Of a stretch of DNA of 64,000 nucleotides, positions 52,985-63,142 are shown in pieces. The translations under genes were made by a program, and so were the position numbers. Below the pieces are notes generated by a model that saw only the letters and a list, made by a program, of their open reading frames with translations, did not search any database and had not been told where the DNA came from. The first letter of the stretch is position 1, and every line of letters begins with the position of its first letter. This DNA comes from Mytilus trossulus. Taxonomy: Eukaryota. The stretch covers positions 45,694,001-45,758,000 of the forward strand of contig NC_086377.1 of the NCBI RefSeq assembly GCF_036588685.1, read 5' to 3'.

Positions 52985-53056
52985 CTCCGATGCCGGGAAT
53001 CGAACCCGGGCCGTCTGGGTGAAAACCAGAAATCCTAACCACTAGACCACATCGGA
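52985..53056 (-). tRNA. trnE-TTC: tRNA-Glu(TTC)
   Basis: identical array copy. Confidence 0.97.
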
Positions 53057-53681
53057 CTTACTATAACAAGCTTAATTTAAGCTACATATAAGCAGGTATC
53101 GACTGTTTGATCACTGTGCTTAAACCATGTTTGTGTCAACATATGATAGGTGTGAGTCTGCATCAAAGTAAATCTTTTCAAAGCTAACCCTGTCTACCTT
53201 TCTTACACAAACATATAGCAGTAATGTTCTGAAAGTGTATTTCGTTCGATCTTAAAAAAATATAGAAATAATGCAATGGTAATGTACATGCAGGTAGTTT
53301 GTCGGCAAAATCGCCAACACTAAATACTTTATTACAGTGGCCGTAATTAATGTTCATTTACCGAAATGGATTAGTCAACCACTCCCCCTTTTTACATCTA
53401 GATTTCCATTGTGAAGCGGTTTCAATTAACTGATTACTGACGCGAAACCGACGGCATATACACTAAGCATAGCATTTGAATCACGAGATTATGTCGCAGA
53501 TTGGCAATTGAGTAAGTACCAAATGCACATCGTTTGTCTCTTGTCAGACATGTTTTTCGTGTTTCTACACGTTGTACCGACAATGTTGAATAATAAACAT
53601 GCCATCTATCATACATACCATGTAACACGTGGTAATCATGTACTGTCCTTATATGATCTAGTTAGACATACTGTGTTATAA

Positions 53682-53752
53682 GCATCGGTGGTTCAGTGGT
53701 AGAATGCTCGCCTGCCACGCGGGCGGCCCGGGTTCGATTCCCGGCCGATGCA
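53682..53752 (+). tRNA. trnG-GCC: tRNA-Gly(GCC)
   Basis: identical array copy. Confidence 0.97.
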
Positions 53753-54085
53753 TTTCTTTTTTCTTATCTTTGTCACTTTCTAAAGTACCAACTGGCAATG
53801 TAGAGTGAGGATAGCACAGTTTTATAGTTTCAATACTTAACAATAATGGACAGTTGTTTGAAATTAATTGTGGGGATAGGTTACAACATTCAAACAACTA
53901 CTACAGTCTTTTTGAAAATTTCCTTTTACAAATGTAGGAATATCAAATGATGTAACTATTTCCTATCATGTCAGTTGAAAGTCGGAAAAGTCTAAACTAA
54001 ATACACTTCTCATCTGTAACTTTTTCTTTCCTCATGACATGTATTACAACAACAGTAATGTGATAAAGATGATCAAAAACTAAAG

Positions 54086-54157
54086 CTCCGATGCCGGGAA
54101 TCGAACCCGGGCCGTCTGGGTGAAAACCAGAAATCCTAACCACTAGACCACATCGGA
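54086..54157 (-). tRNA. trnE-TTC: tRNA-Glu(TTC)
   Basis: identical array copy. Confidence 0.97.
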
Positions 54158-54782
54158 CTTACTATAACAAGCTTAATTTAAGCTACATATAAGCAGGTAT
54201 CGACTGTTTGATCACTGTGCTTAAACCATGTTTGTGTCAACATATGATAGGTGTGAGTCTGCATCAAAGTAAATCTTTTCAAAGCTAACCCTGTCTACCT
54301 TTCTTACACAAACATATAGCAGTAATGTTCTGAAAGTGTATTTCGTTCGATCTTAAAAAAATATAGAAATAATGCAATGGTAATGTACATGCAGGTAGTT
54401 TGTCGGCAAAATCGCCAACACTAAATACTTTATTACAGTGGCCGTAATTAATGTTCATTTACCGAAATGGATTAGTCAACCACTCCCCCTTTTTACATCT
54501 AGATTTCCATTGTGAAGCGGTTTCAATTAACTGATTACTGACGCGAAACCGACGGCATATACACTAAGCATAGCATTTGAATCACGAGATTATGTCGCAG
54601 ATTGGCAATTGAGTAAGTACCAAATGCACATCGTTTGTCTCTTGTCAGACATGTTTTTCGTGTTTCTACACGTTGTACCGACAATGTTGAATAATAAACA
54701 TGCCATCTATCATACATACCATGTAACACGTGGTAATCATGTACTGTCCTTATATGATCTAGTTAGACATACTGTGTTATAA

Positions 54783-54853
54783 GCATCGGTGGTTCAGTGG
54801 TAGAATGCTCGCCTGCCACGCGGGCGGCCCGGGTTCGATTCCCGGCCGATGCA
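54783..54853 (+). tRNA. trnG-GCC: tRNA-Gly(GCC)
   Basis: identical array copy. Confidence 0.97.
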
Positions 54854-55186
54854 TTTCTTTTTTCTTATCTTTGTCACTTTCTAAAGTACCAACTGGCAAT
54901 GTAGAGTGAGGATAGCACAGTTTTATAGTTTCAATACTTAACAATAATGGACAGTTGTTTGAAATTAATTGTGGGGATAGGTTACAACATTCAAACAACT
55001 ACTACAGTCTTTTTGAAAATTTCCTTTTACAAATGTAGGAATATCAAATGATGTAACTATTTCCTATCATGTCAGTTGAAAGTCGGAAAAGTCTAAACTA
55101 AATACACTTCTCATCTGTAACTTTTTCTTTCCTCATGACATGTATTACAACAACAGTAATGTGATAAAGATGATCAAAAACTAAAG

Positions 55187-55258
55187 CTCCGATGCCGGGA
55201 ATCGAACCCGGGCCGTCTGGGTGAAAACCAGAAATCCTAACCACTAGACCACATCGGA
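55187..55258 (-). tRNA. trnE-TTC: tRNA-Glu(TTC)
   Basis: identical array copy. Confidence 0.97.
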
Positions 55259-55883
55259 CTTACTATAACAAGCTTAATTTAAGCTACATATAAGCAGGTA
55301 TCGACTATTTGATCACTGTGCTTAAACCATGTTTGTGTCAACATATGATAGGTGTGAGTCTGCATCAAAGTAAATCTTTTCAAAGCTAACCCTGTCTACC
55401 TTTCTTACACAAACATATAGCAGTAATGTTCTGAAAGTGTATTTCGTTCGATCTTAAAAAAATAAAGAAATAATGCAATGGTAATGTACATGCAGGTAGT
55501 TTGTCGGCAAAATCGCCAACACTAAATACTTTATTACAGTGGCCGTAATTAATGTTCATTTACCGAAATGGATTAGTCAACCACTCCCCCTTTTTACATC
55601 TAGATTTCCATTGTGAAGCGGTTTCAATTAACTGATTACTGACGCGAAACCGACGGCATATACACTAAGCATAGCATTTGAATCACGAGATTATGTCGCA
55701 GATTGGCAATTGAGTAAGTACCAAATGCACATCGTTTGTCTCTTGTCAGACATGTTTTTCGTGTTTCTACACGTTGTACCGACAATGTTGAATAATAAAC
55801 ATGCCATCTATCATACATACCATGTAACACGTGGTAATCATGTACTGTCCTTATATGATCTAGTTAGACATACTGTGTTATAA

Positions 55884-55954
55884 GCATCGGTGGTTCAGTG
55901 GTAGAATGCTCGCCTGCCACGCGGGCGGCCCGGGTTCGATTCCCGGCCGATGCA
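55884..55954 (+). tRNA. trnG-GCC: tRNA-Gly(GCC)
   Basis: identical array copy. Confidence 0.97.
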
Positions 55955-56287
55955 TTTCTTTTTTCTTATCTTTGTCACTTTCTAAAGTACCAACTGGCAA
56001 TGTAGAGTGAGGATAGCACAGTTTTATAGTTTCAATACTTAACAATAATGGACAGTTGTTTGAAATTAATTGTGGGGATAGGTTACAACATTCAAACAAC
56101 TACTACAGTCTTTTTGAAAATTTCCTTTTACAAATGTAGGAATATCAAATGATGTAACTATTTCCTATCATGTCAGTTGAAAGTCGGAAAAGTCTAAACT
56201 AAATACACTTCTCATCTGTAACTTTTTCTTTCCTCATGACATGTATTACAACAACAGTAATGTGATAAAGATGATCAAAAACTAAAG

Positions 56288-56359
56288 CTCCGATGCCGGG
56301 AATCGAACCCGGGCCGTCTGGGTGAAAACCAGAAATCCTAACCACTAGACCACATCGGA
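56288..56359 (-). tRNA. trnE-TTC: tRNA-Glu(TTC)
   Basis: identical array copy. Confidence 0.97.
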
Positions 56360-56984
56360 CTTACTATAACAAGCTTAATTTAAGCTACATATAAGCAGGT
56401 ATCGACTGTTTGATCACTGTGCTTAAACCATGTTTGTGTCAACATATGATAGGTGTGAGTCTGCATCAAAGTAAATCTTTTCAAAGCTAACCCTGTCTAC
56501 CTTTCTTACACAAACATATAGCAGTAATGTTCTGAAAGTGTATTTCGTTCGATCTTAAAAAAATATAGAAATAATGCAATGGTAATGTACATGCAGGTAG
56601 TTTGTCGGCAAAATCGCCAACACTAAATACTTTATTACAGTGGCCGTTATTAATGTTCATTTACCGAAATGGATTAGTCAACCACTCCCCCTTTTTACAT
56701 CTAGATTTCCATTGTGAAGCGGTTTCAATTAACTGATTACTGACGCGAAACCGACGGCATATACACTAAGCATAGCATTTGAATCACGAGATTATGTCGC
56801 AGATTGGCAATTGAGTAAGTACCAAATGCACATCGTTTGTCTCTTGTCAGACATGTTTTTCGTGTTTCTACACGTTGTACCGACAATGTTGAATAATAAA
56901 CATGCCATCTATCATACATACCATGTAACACGTGGTAATCATGTACTGTCCTTATATGATCTAGTTAGACATACTGTGTTATAA

Positions 56985-57055
56985 GCATCGGTGGTTCAGT
57001 GGTAGAATGCTCGCCTGCCACGCGGGCGGCCCGGGTTCGATTCCCGGCCGATGCA
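56985..57055 (+). tRNA. trnG-GCC: tRNA-Gly(GCC)
   Basis: identical array copy. Confidence 0.97.
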
Positions 57056-57388
57056 TTTCTTTTTTCTTATCTTTGTCACTTTCTAAAGTACCAACTGGCA
57101 ATGTAGAGTGAGGATAGCACAGTTTTATAGTTTCAATACTTAACAATAATGGACAGTTGTTTGAAATTAATTGTGGGGATAGGTTACAACATTCAAACAA
57201 CTACTACAGTCTTTTTGAAAATTTCCTTTTACAAATGTAGGAATATCAAATGATGTAACTATTTCCTATCATGTCAGTTGAAAGTCGGAAAAGTCTAAAC
57301 TAAATACACTTCTCATCTGTAACTTTTTCTTTCCTCATGACATGTATTACAACAACAGTAATGTGATAAAGATGATCAAAAACTAAAG

Positions 57389-57460
57389 CTCCGATGCCGG
57401 GAATCGAACCCGGGCCGTCTGGGTGAAAACCAGAAATCCTAACCACTAGACCACATCGGA
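57389..57460 (-). tRNA. trnE-TTC: tRNA-Glu(TTC)
   Basis: identical array copy. Confidence 0.97.
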
Positions 57461-58085
57461 CTTACTATAACAAGCTTAATTTAAGCTACATATAAGCAGG
57501 TATCGACTGTTTGATCACTGTGCTTAAACCATGTTTGTGTCAACATATGATAGGTGTGAGTCTGCATCAAAGTAAATCTTTTCAAAGCTAACCCTGTCTA
57601 CCTTTCTTACACAAACATATAGCAGTAATGTTCTGAAAGTGTATTTCGTTCGATCTTAAAAAAATATAGAAATAATGCAATGGTAATGTACATGCAGGTA
57701 GTTTGTCGGCAAAATCGCCAACACTAAATACTTTATTACAGTGGCCGTAATTAATGTTCATTTACCGAAATGGATTAGTCAACCACTCCCCCTTTTTACA
57801 TCTAGATTTCCATTGTGAAGCGGTTTCAATTAACTGATTACTGACGCGAAACCGACGGCATATACACTAAGCATAGCATTTGAATCACGAGATTATGTCG
57901 CAGATTGGCAATTGAGTAAGTACCAAATGCACATCGTTTGTCTCTTGTCAGACATGTTTTTCGTGTTTCTACACGTTGTACCGACAATGTTGAATAATAA
58001 ACATGCCATCTATCATACATACCATGTAACACGTGGTAATCATGTACTGTCCTTATATGATCTAGTTAGACATACTGTGTTATAA

Positions 58086-58156
58086 GCATCGGTGGTTCAG
58101 TGGTAGAATGCTCGCCTGCCACGCGGGCGGCCCGGGTTCGATTCCCGGCCGATGCA
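58086..58156 (+). tRNA. trnG-GCC: tRNA-Gly(GCC)
   Basis: identical array copy. Confidence 0.97.
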
Positions 58157-58489
58157 TTTCTTTTTTCTTATCTTTGTCACTTTCTAAAGTACCAACTGGC
58201 AATGTAGAGTGAGGATAGCACAGTTTTATAGTTTCAATACTTAACAATAATGGACAGTTGTTTGAAATTAATTGTGGGGATAGGTTACAACATTCAAACA
58301 ACTACTACAGTCTTTTTGAAAATTTCCTTTTACAAATGTAGGAATATCAAATGATGTAACTATTTCCTATCATGTCAGTTGAAAGTCGGAAAAGTCTAAA
58401 CTAAATACACTTCTCATCTGTAACTTTTTCTTTCCTCATGACATGTATTACAACAACAGTAATGTGATAAAGATGATCAAAAACTAAAG

Positions 58490-58561
58490 CTCCGATGCCG
58501 GGAATCGAACCCGGGCCGTCTGGGTGAAAACCAGAAATCCTAACCACTAGACCACATCGGA
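58490..58561 (-). tRNA. trnE-TTC: tRNA-Glu(TTC)
   Basis: identical array copy. Confidence 0.97.
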
Positions 58562-59187
58562 CTTACTATAACAAGCTTAATTTAAGCTACATATAAGCAG
58601 GTATCGACTGTTTGATCACTGTGCTTAAACCATGTTTGTGTCAACATATGATAGGTGTGAGTCTGCATCAAAGTAAATCTTTTCAAAGCTTACCCTGTCT
58701 ACCTTTCTTACACAAACATATAGCAGTAATGTTCTGAAAGTGTATTTCGTTCGATCTTAAAAAAAATAAAGAAATAATGCAATGGTAATGTACATGCAGG
58801 TAGTTTGTCGGCAAAATCGCCAACACTAAATACTTTATTACAGTGGCCGTAATTAATGTTCATTTACCGAAATGGATTAGTCAACCACTCCCCCTTTTTA
58901 CATCTAGATTTCCATTGTGAAGCGGTTTCAATTAACTGATTACTGACGCGAAACCGACGGCATATACACTAAGCATAGCATTTGAATCACGAGATTATGT
59001 CGCAGATTGGCAATTGAGTAAGTACCAAATGCACATCGTTTGTCTCTTGTCAGACATGTTTTTCGTGTTTCTACACGTTGTACCGACAATGTTGAATAAT
59101 AAACATGCCATCTATCATACATACCATGTAACACGTGGTAATCATGTACTGTCCTTATATGATCTAGTTAGACATACTGTGTTATAA

Positions 59188-59258
59188 GCATCGGTGGTTC
59201 AGTGGTAGAATGCTCGCCTGCCACGCGGGCGGCCCGGGTTCGATTCCCGGCCGATGCA
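59188..59258 (+). tRNA. trnG-GCC: tRNA-Gly(GCC)
   Basis: identical array copy. Confidence 0.97.
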
Positions 59259-59591
59259 TTTCTTTTTTCTTATCTTTGTCACTTTCTAAAGTACCAACTG
59301 GCAATGTAGAGTGAGGATAGCACAGTTTTATAGTTTCAATACTTAACAATAATGGACAGTTGTTTGAAATTAATTGTGGGGATAGGTTACAACATTCAAA
59401 CAACTACTACAGTCTTTTTGAAAATTTCCTTTTACAAATGTAGGAATATCAAATGATGTAACTATTTCCTATCATGTCAGTTGAAAGTCAGAAAAGTCTA
59501 AACTAAATACACTTCTCATCTGTAACTTTTTCTTTCCTCATGACATGTATTACAACAACAGTAATGTGATAAAGATGATCAAAAACTAAAG

Positions 59592-59663
59592 CTCCGATGC
59601 CGGGAATCGAACCCGGGCCGTCTGGGTGAAAACCAGAAATCCTAACCACTAGACCACATCGGA
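59592..59663 (-). tRNA. trnE-TTC: tRNA-Glu(TTC)
   Basis: identical array copy. Confidence 0.97.
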
Positions 59664-60288
59664 CTTACTATAACAAGCTTAATTTAAGCTACATATAAGC
59701 AGGTATCGACTGTTTGATCACTGTGCTTAAACCATGTTTGTGTCAACATATGATAGGTGTGAGTCTGCATCAAAGTAAATCTTTTCAATGCTAACCCTGT
59801 CTACCTTTCTTACACAAACATATAGCAGTAATGTTCTGAAAGTGTATTTCGTTCGATCTTAAAAAAATAAAGAAATAATGCAATGGTAATGTACATGCAG
59901 GTAGTTTGTCGGCAAAATCGCCAACACTAAATACTTTATTACAGTGGCCGTAATTAATGTTCATTTACCGAAATGGATTAGTCAACCACTCCCCCTTTTT
60001 ACATCTAGATTTCCATTGTGAAGCGGTTTCAATTAACTGATTACTGACGCGAAACCGACGGCATATACACTAAGCATAGCATTTGAATCACGAGATTATG
60101 TCGCAGATTGGCAATTGAGTAAGTACCAAATGCACATCGTTTGTCTCTTGTCAGACATGTTTTTCGTGTTTCTACACGTTGTACCGACAATGTTGAATAA
60201 TAAACATGCCATCTATCATACATACCATGTAACACGTGGTAATCATGTACTGTCCTTATATGATCTAGTTAGACATACTGTGTTATAA

Positions 60289-60359
60289 GCATCGGTGGTT
60301 CAGTGGTAGAATGCTCGCCTGCCACGCGGGCGGCCCGGGTTCGATTCCCGGCCGATGCA
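60289..60359 (+). tRNA. trnG-GCC: tRNA-Gly(GCC)
   Basis: identical array copy. Confidence 0.97.
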
Positions 60360-60696
60360 TTTCTTTTTTCTTATCTTTGTCACTTTCTAAAGTACCAACT
60401 GGCAATGTAGAGTGAGGATAGCACAGTTTTATAGTTTCAATACTTAACAATAATGGACAGTTGTTTGAAATTAATTGTGGGGATAGGTTACAACATTCAA
60501 ACAACTACTACAGTCTTTTTGAAAATTTCCTTTTACAAATGTAGGAATATCAAATGATGTAACTATTTCCTATCATGTCAGTTGAAAGTCGGAAAAGTCT
60601 AAACTAAATACACTTCTCATCTGTAACTTTTTCTTTCCTCATGACATGAAAATAATACAACAACAGTAATGTGATAAAGATGATCAAAAACTAAAG

Positions 60697-60768
60697 CTCC
60701 GATGCCGGGAATCGAACCCGGGCCGTCTGGGTGAAAACCAGAAATCCTAACCACTAGACCACATCGGA
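60697..60768 (-). tRNA. trnE-TTC: tRNA-Glu(TTC)
   Basis: identical array copy. Confidence 0.97.
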
Positions 60769-61393
60769 CTTACTATAACAAGCTTAATTTAAGCTACATA
60801 TAAGCAGGTATCGACTGTTTGATCACTGTGCTTAAACCATGTTTGTGTCAACATATGATAGGTGTGAGTCTGCATCAAAGTAAATCTTTTCAAAGCTAAC
60901 CCTGTCTACCTTTCTTACACAAACATATAGCAGTAATGTTCTGAAAGTGTATTTCGTTCGATCTTAAAAAAATATAGAAATAATGCAATGGTAATGTACA
61001 TGCAGGTAGTTTGTCGGCAAAATCGCCAACACTAAATACTTTATTACAGTGGCCGTAATTAATGTTCATTTACCGAAATGGATTAGTCAACCACTCCCCC
61101 TTTTTACATCTAGATTTCCATTGTGAAGCGGTTTCAATTAACTGATTACTGACGCGAAACCGACGGCATATACACTAAGCATAGCATTTGAATCACGAGA
61201 TTATGTCGCAGATTGGCAATTGAGTAAGTACCAAATGCACATCGTTTGTCTCTTGTCAGACATGTTTTTCGTGTTTCTACACGTTGTACCGACAATGTTG
61301 AATAATAAACATGCCATCTATCATACATACCATGTAACACGTGGTAATCATGTACTGTCCTTATATGATCTAGTTAGACATACTGTGTTATAA

Positions 61394-61464
61394 GCATCGG
61401 TGGTTCAGTGGTAGAATGCTCGCCTGCCACGCGGGCGGCCCGGGTTCGATTCCCGGCCGATGCA
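61394..61464 (+). tRNA. trnG-GCC: tRNA-Gly(GCC)
   Basis: identical array copy; last one before the retrotransposon. Confidence 0.97.
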
Positions 61465-61474
61465 TTTCTTTTTT
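61465..61474 (+). terminator. Pol III terminator (T-run) after tRNA-Gly; an equivalent run follows every copy
   Basis: TTTCTTTTTT immediately after the discriminator A. Confidence 0.8.
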
Positions 61475-61693
61475 CTTATCTTTGTCACTTTCTAAAGGGA
61501 CTTCCGGTTTGACTTCCATGATGTGCTGACGTGTTTTCATCAGAGAGTGTAATCCAGAAGATATTTAGTGTACCCGCAGGCCATCAAGTTTTGGTGGCCT
61601 GCTATTGTTGAAGTTGCTGTTCCAAGTCAGGTATATTCTGAACTTTTGATTGTTATTTTTGAATTTTGAGTGACTTTAGACTTCCCCTTCGCC

Positions 61694-63097
61694 ATGTCTG
61701 GTGAGAGGGGAGGCCGTCTTTTAAAAGAACTGACATTAATTGTCGATGTTGCAGACAACAAGAAGGTTGGTGCTAATAGTATTATAGAAGAAGCTGAGGT
61801 TTTGTGTGGAGAAGGAAATGTGTTAGCTGTGGTACCCAGAAGTGGTAACTTATATGAAATAACTGTAGCAAATGGTGACGCGGCTGATGAACTCAGTAAT
61901 GGTCCTTTTGTAATTGGTTCAACGAGATATAATTGCAAAGCGATATATTCCAAAGATAGAGTTGTAAGCTTTATGCACTTGCCGGTCTTTATCTCTGATG
62001 ATGTGATTAGGGATAAGTTGGAAGCATATAATGTTGAATTAAAATCCCCGATAAAACAACACATGTATGATGGTACGAGTGTGACCGACGGAACTAGGTA
62101 TGTTGTGGTTAAATTTCCGCCAAATATATCAAGTCTACCGTACACCATGAAGTTTGATTTAGGTAACAATCAACATGAATACATAAGAGTCAAACACGAC
62201 CACCAATCAAAGGTGTGTTCGAATTGCTTGTCACCCAATCATTTGTATCTGAACTGTCCAAACAATAAGTGTTATCAGTGTCAGAGTTTTGGACATATTT
62301 CCAAATATTGTGAAAGCTCCAAATGTATTAAATGTGGATTTTATCCTCGTAGATGTAAGTGCGAGAAGTCAGATAATTGTACTGCCTCTGAAAATCCTGA
62401 AAAAAACGACGAAAAAAAAGACACAGAAACTAAACCAAAACAGCGTGATACCAATGAAAACGAGCATAACGATGAATCCGAACAACCCCTCCAAAAGAAA
62501 AGCCGAGTTGAAAATGACACACCTACAAGTGAAACGTTAGAGAAATCTAAACCCGTTATTGACAATTTAAATGCCGATACCGTTATAACCGTTGAAGTAC
62601 ACAACAATGCAGATACCGTTATAAACGTAGATAAACATAACAATGATGAATCCAATGGTGACGAAATAAATATAATCGAGACTGAGATGTGTGAAACAGA
62701 AAAACCGTGTGAAACAACGACGACCGAGGTTGCTGATGAAGCAGTTGATAATGAACTTGATTTACTTATTGATAATGACAATGTTGTTAATTCTTTTGAT
62801 AATAATGTGCCCAGCCCTGGGGAGATATCTGAAAAGGGGGGTACAGATGTTGTGTGTGGTAAAGAGTCAGAGGACATGGAACACAAAGAGTGTACCATGA
62901 CCTCTGACCCTGATGTATCTATTGACAAATTGAACTCAGAAAATGAGTCTTTGGTTGAAATGTCTGATGAAGAAATGGCTAATGAATTAGTGAAATATGG
63001 TGGTAGAGCCAGACGTAATCGCATTGTTGTTAGGCCAAATATTCCATATGTTAGAAGACATTCTGTCGGTAATAAGTCGAGTCCCAAAAATACTTAA
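61694..63097 (+). CDS. retrotransposon ORF1p (gag-like nucleic-acid-binding protein with CCHC zinc knuckles), 467 aa
   Basis: gccATG start; CSNCLSPNHLYLNC and CYQCQSFGHISKYC (CX2CX4HX4C), a third Cys cluster CIKCGFYPRRCKC, acidic low-complexity C-terminal half. Confidence 0.9.
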   Translation: MSGERGGRLLKELTLIVDVADNKKVGANSIIEEAEVLCGEGNVLAVVPRSGNLYEITVANGDAADELSNGPFVIGSTRYNCKAIYSKDRVVSFMHLPVFISDDVIRDKLEAYNVELKSPIKQHMYDGTSVTDGTRYVVVKFPPNISSLPYTMKFDLGNNQHEYIRVKHDHQSKVCSNCLSPNHLYLNCPNNKCYQCQSFGHISKYCESSKCIKCGFYPRRCKCEKSDNCTASENPEKNDEKKDTETKPKQRDTNENEHNDESEQPLQKKSRVENDTPTSETLEKSKPVIDNLNADTVITVEVHNNADTVINVDKHNNDESNGDEINIIETEMCETEKPCETTTTEVADEAVDNELDLLIDNDNVVNSFDNNVPSPGEISEKGGTDVVCGKESEDMEHKECTMTSDPDVSIDKLNSENESLVEMSDEEMANELVKYGGRARRNRIVVRPNIPYVRRHSVGNKSSPKNT

Positions 63098-63142
63098 TTT
63101 TTCACTTTCAAGGGACAACTTATTTGGTATATTTTTTTCTTG

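Larger units (their letters stand above)
40957..61497. repeat. tRNA tandem array type 2: ~18.6 x 1101/1105-bp unit (tRNA-Gly-GCC plus, tRNA-Glu-TTC minus)
   Basis: 1101/1105-bp periodicity; ends abruptly at the retrotransposon junction. Confidence 0.98.

Noticed and set aside
22838-61340. Recurrent 64-106 aa ORFs in both arrays (MLACHAGG..., MSVMETT..., MIVSTYD..., MLHGMYD..., MFECCN...)
   Set aside because: Chance frames through tRNA genes and spacers. They recur only because the unit is repeated, show no domain motifs, and are not conserved between the two unit types.
61670-61693. ORF1 start at 61670 as given by the track
   Set aside because: That codon is GTG; the first ATG, in a gccATG context, is at 61694.
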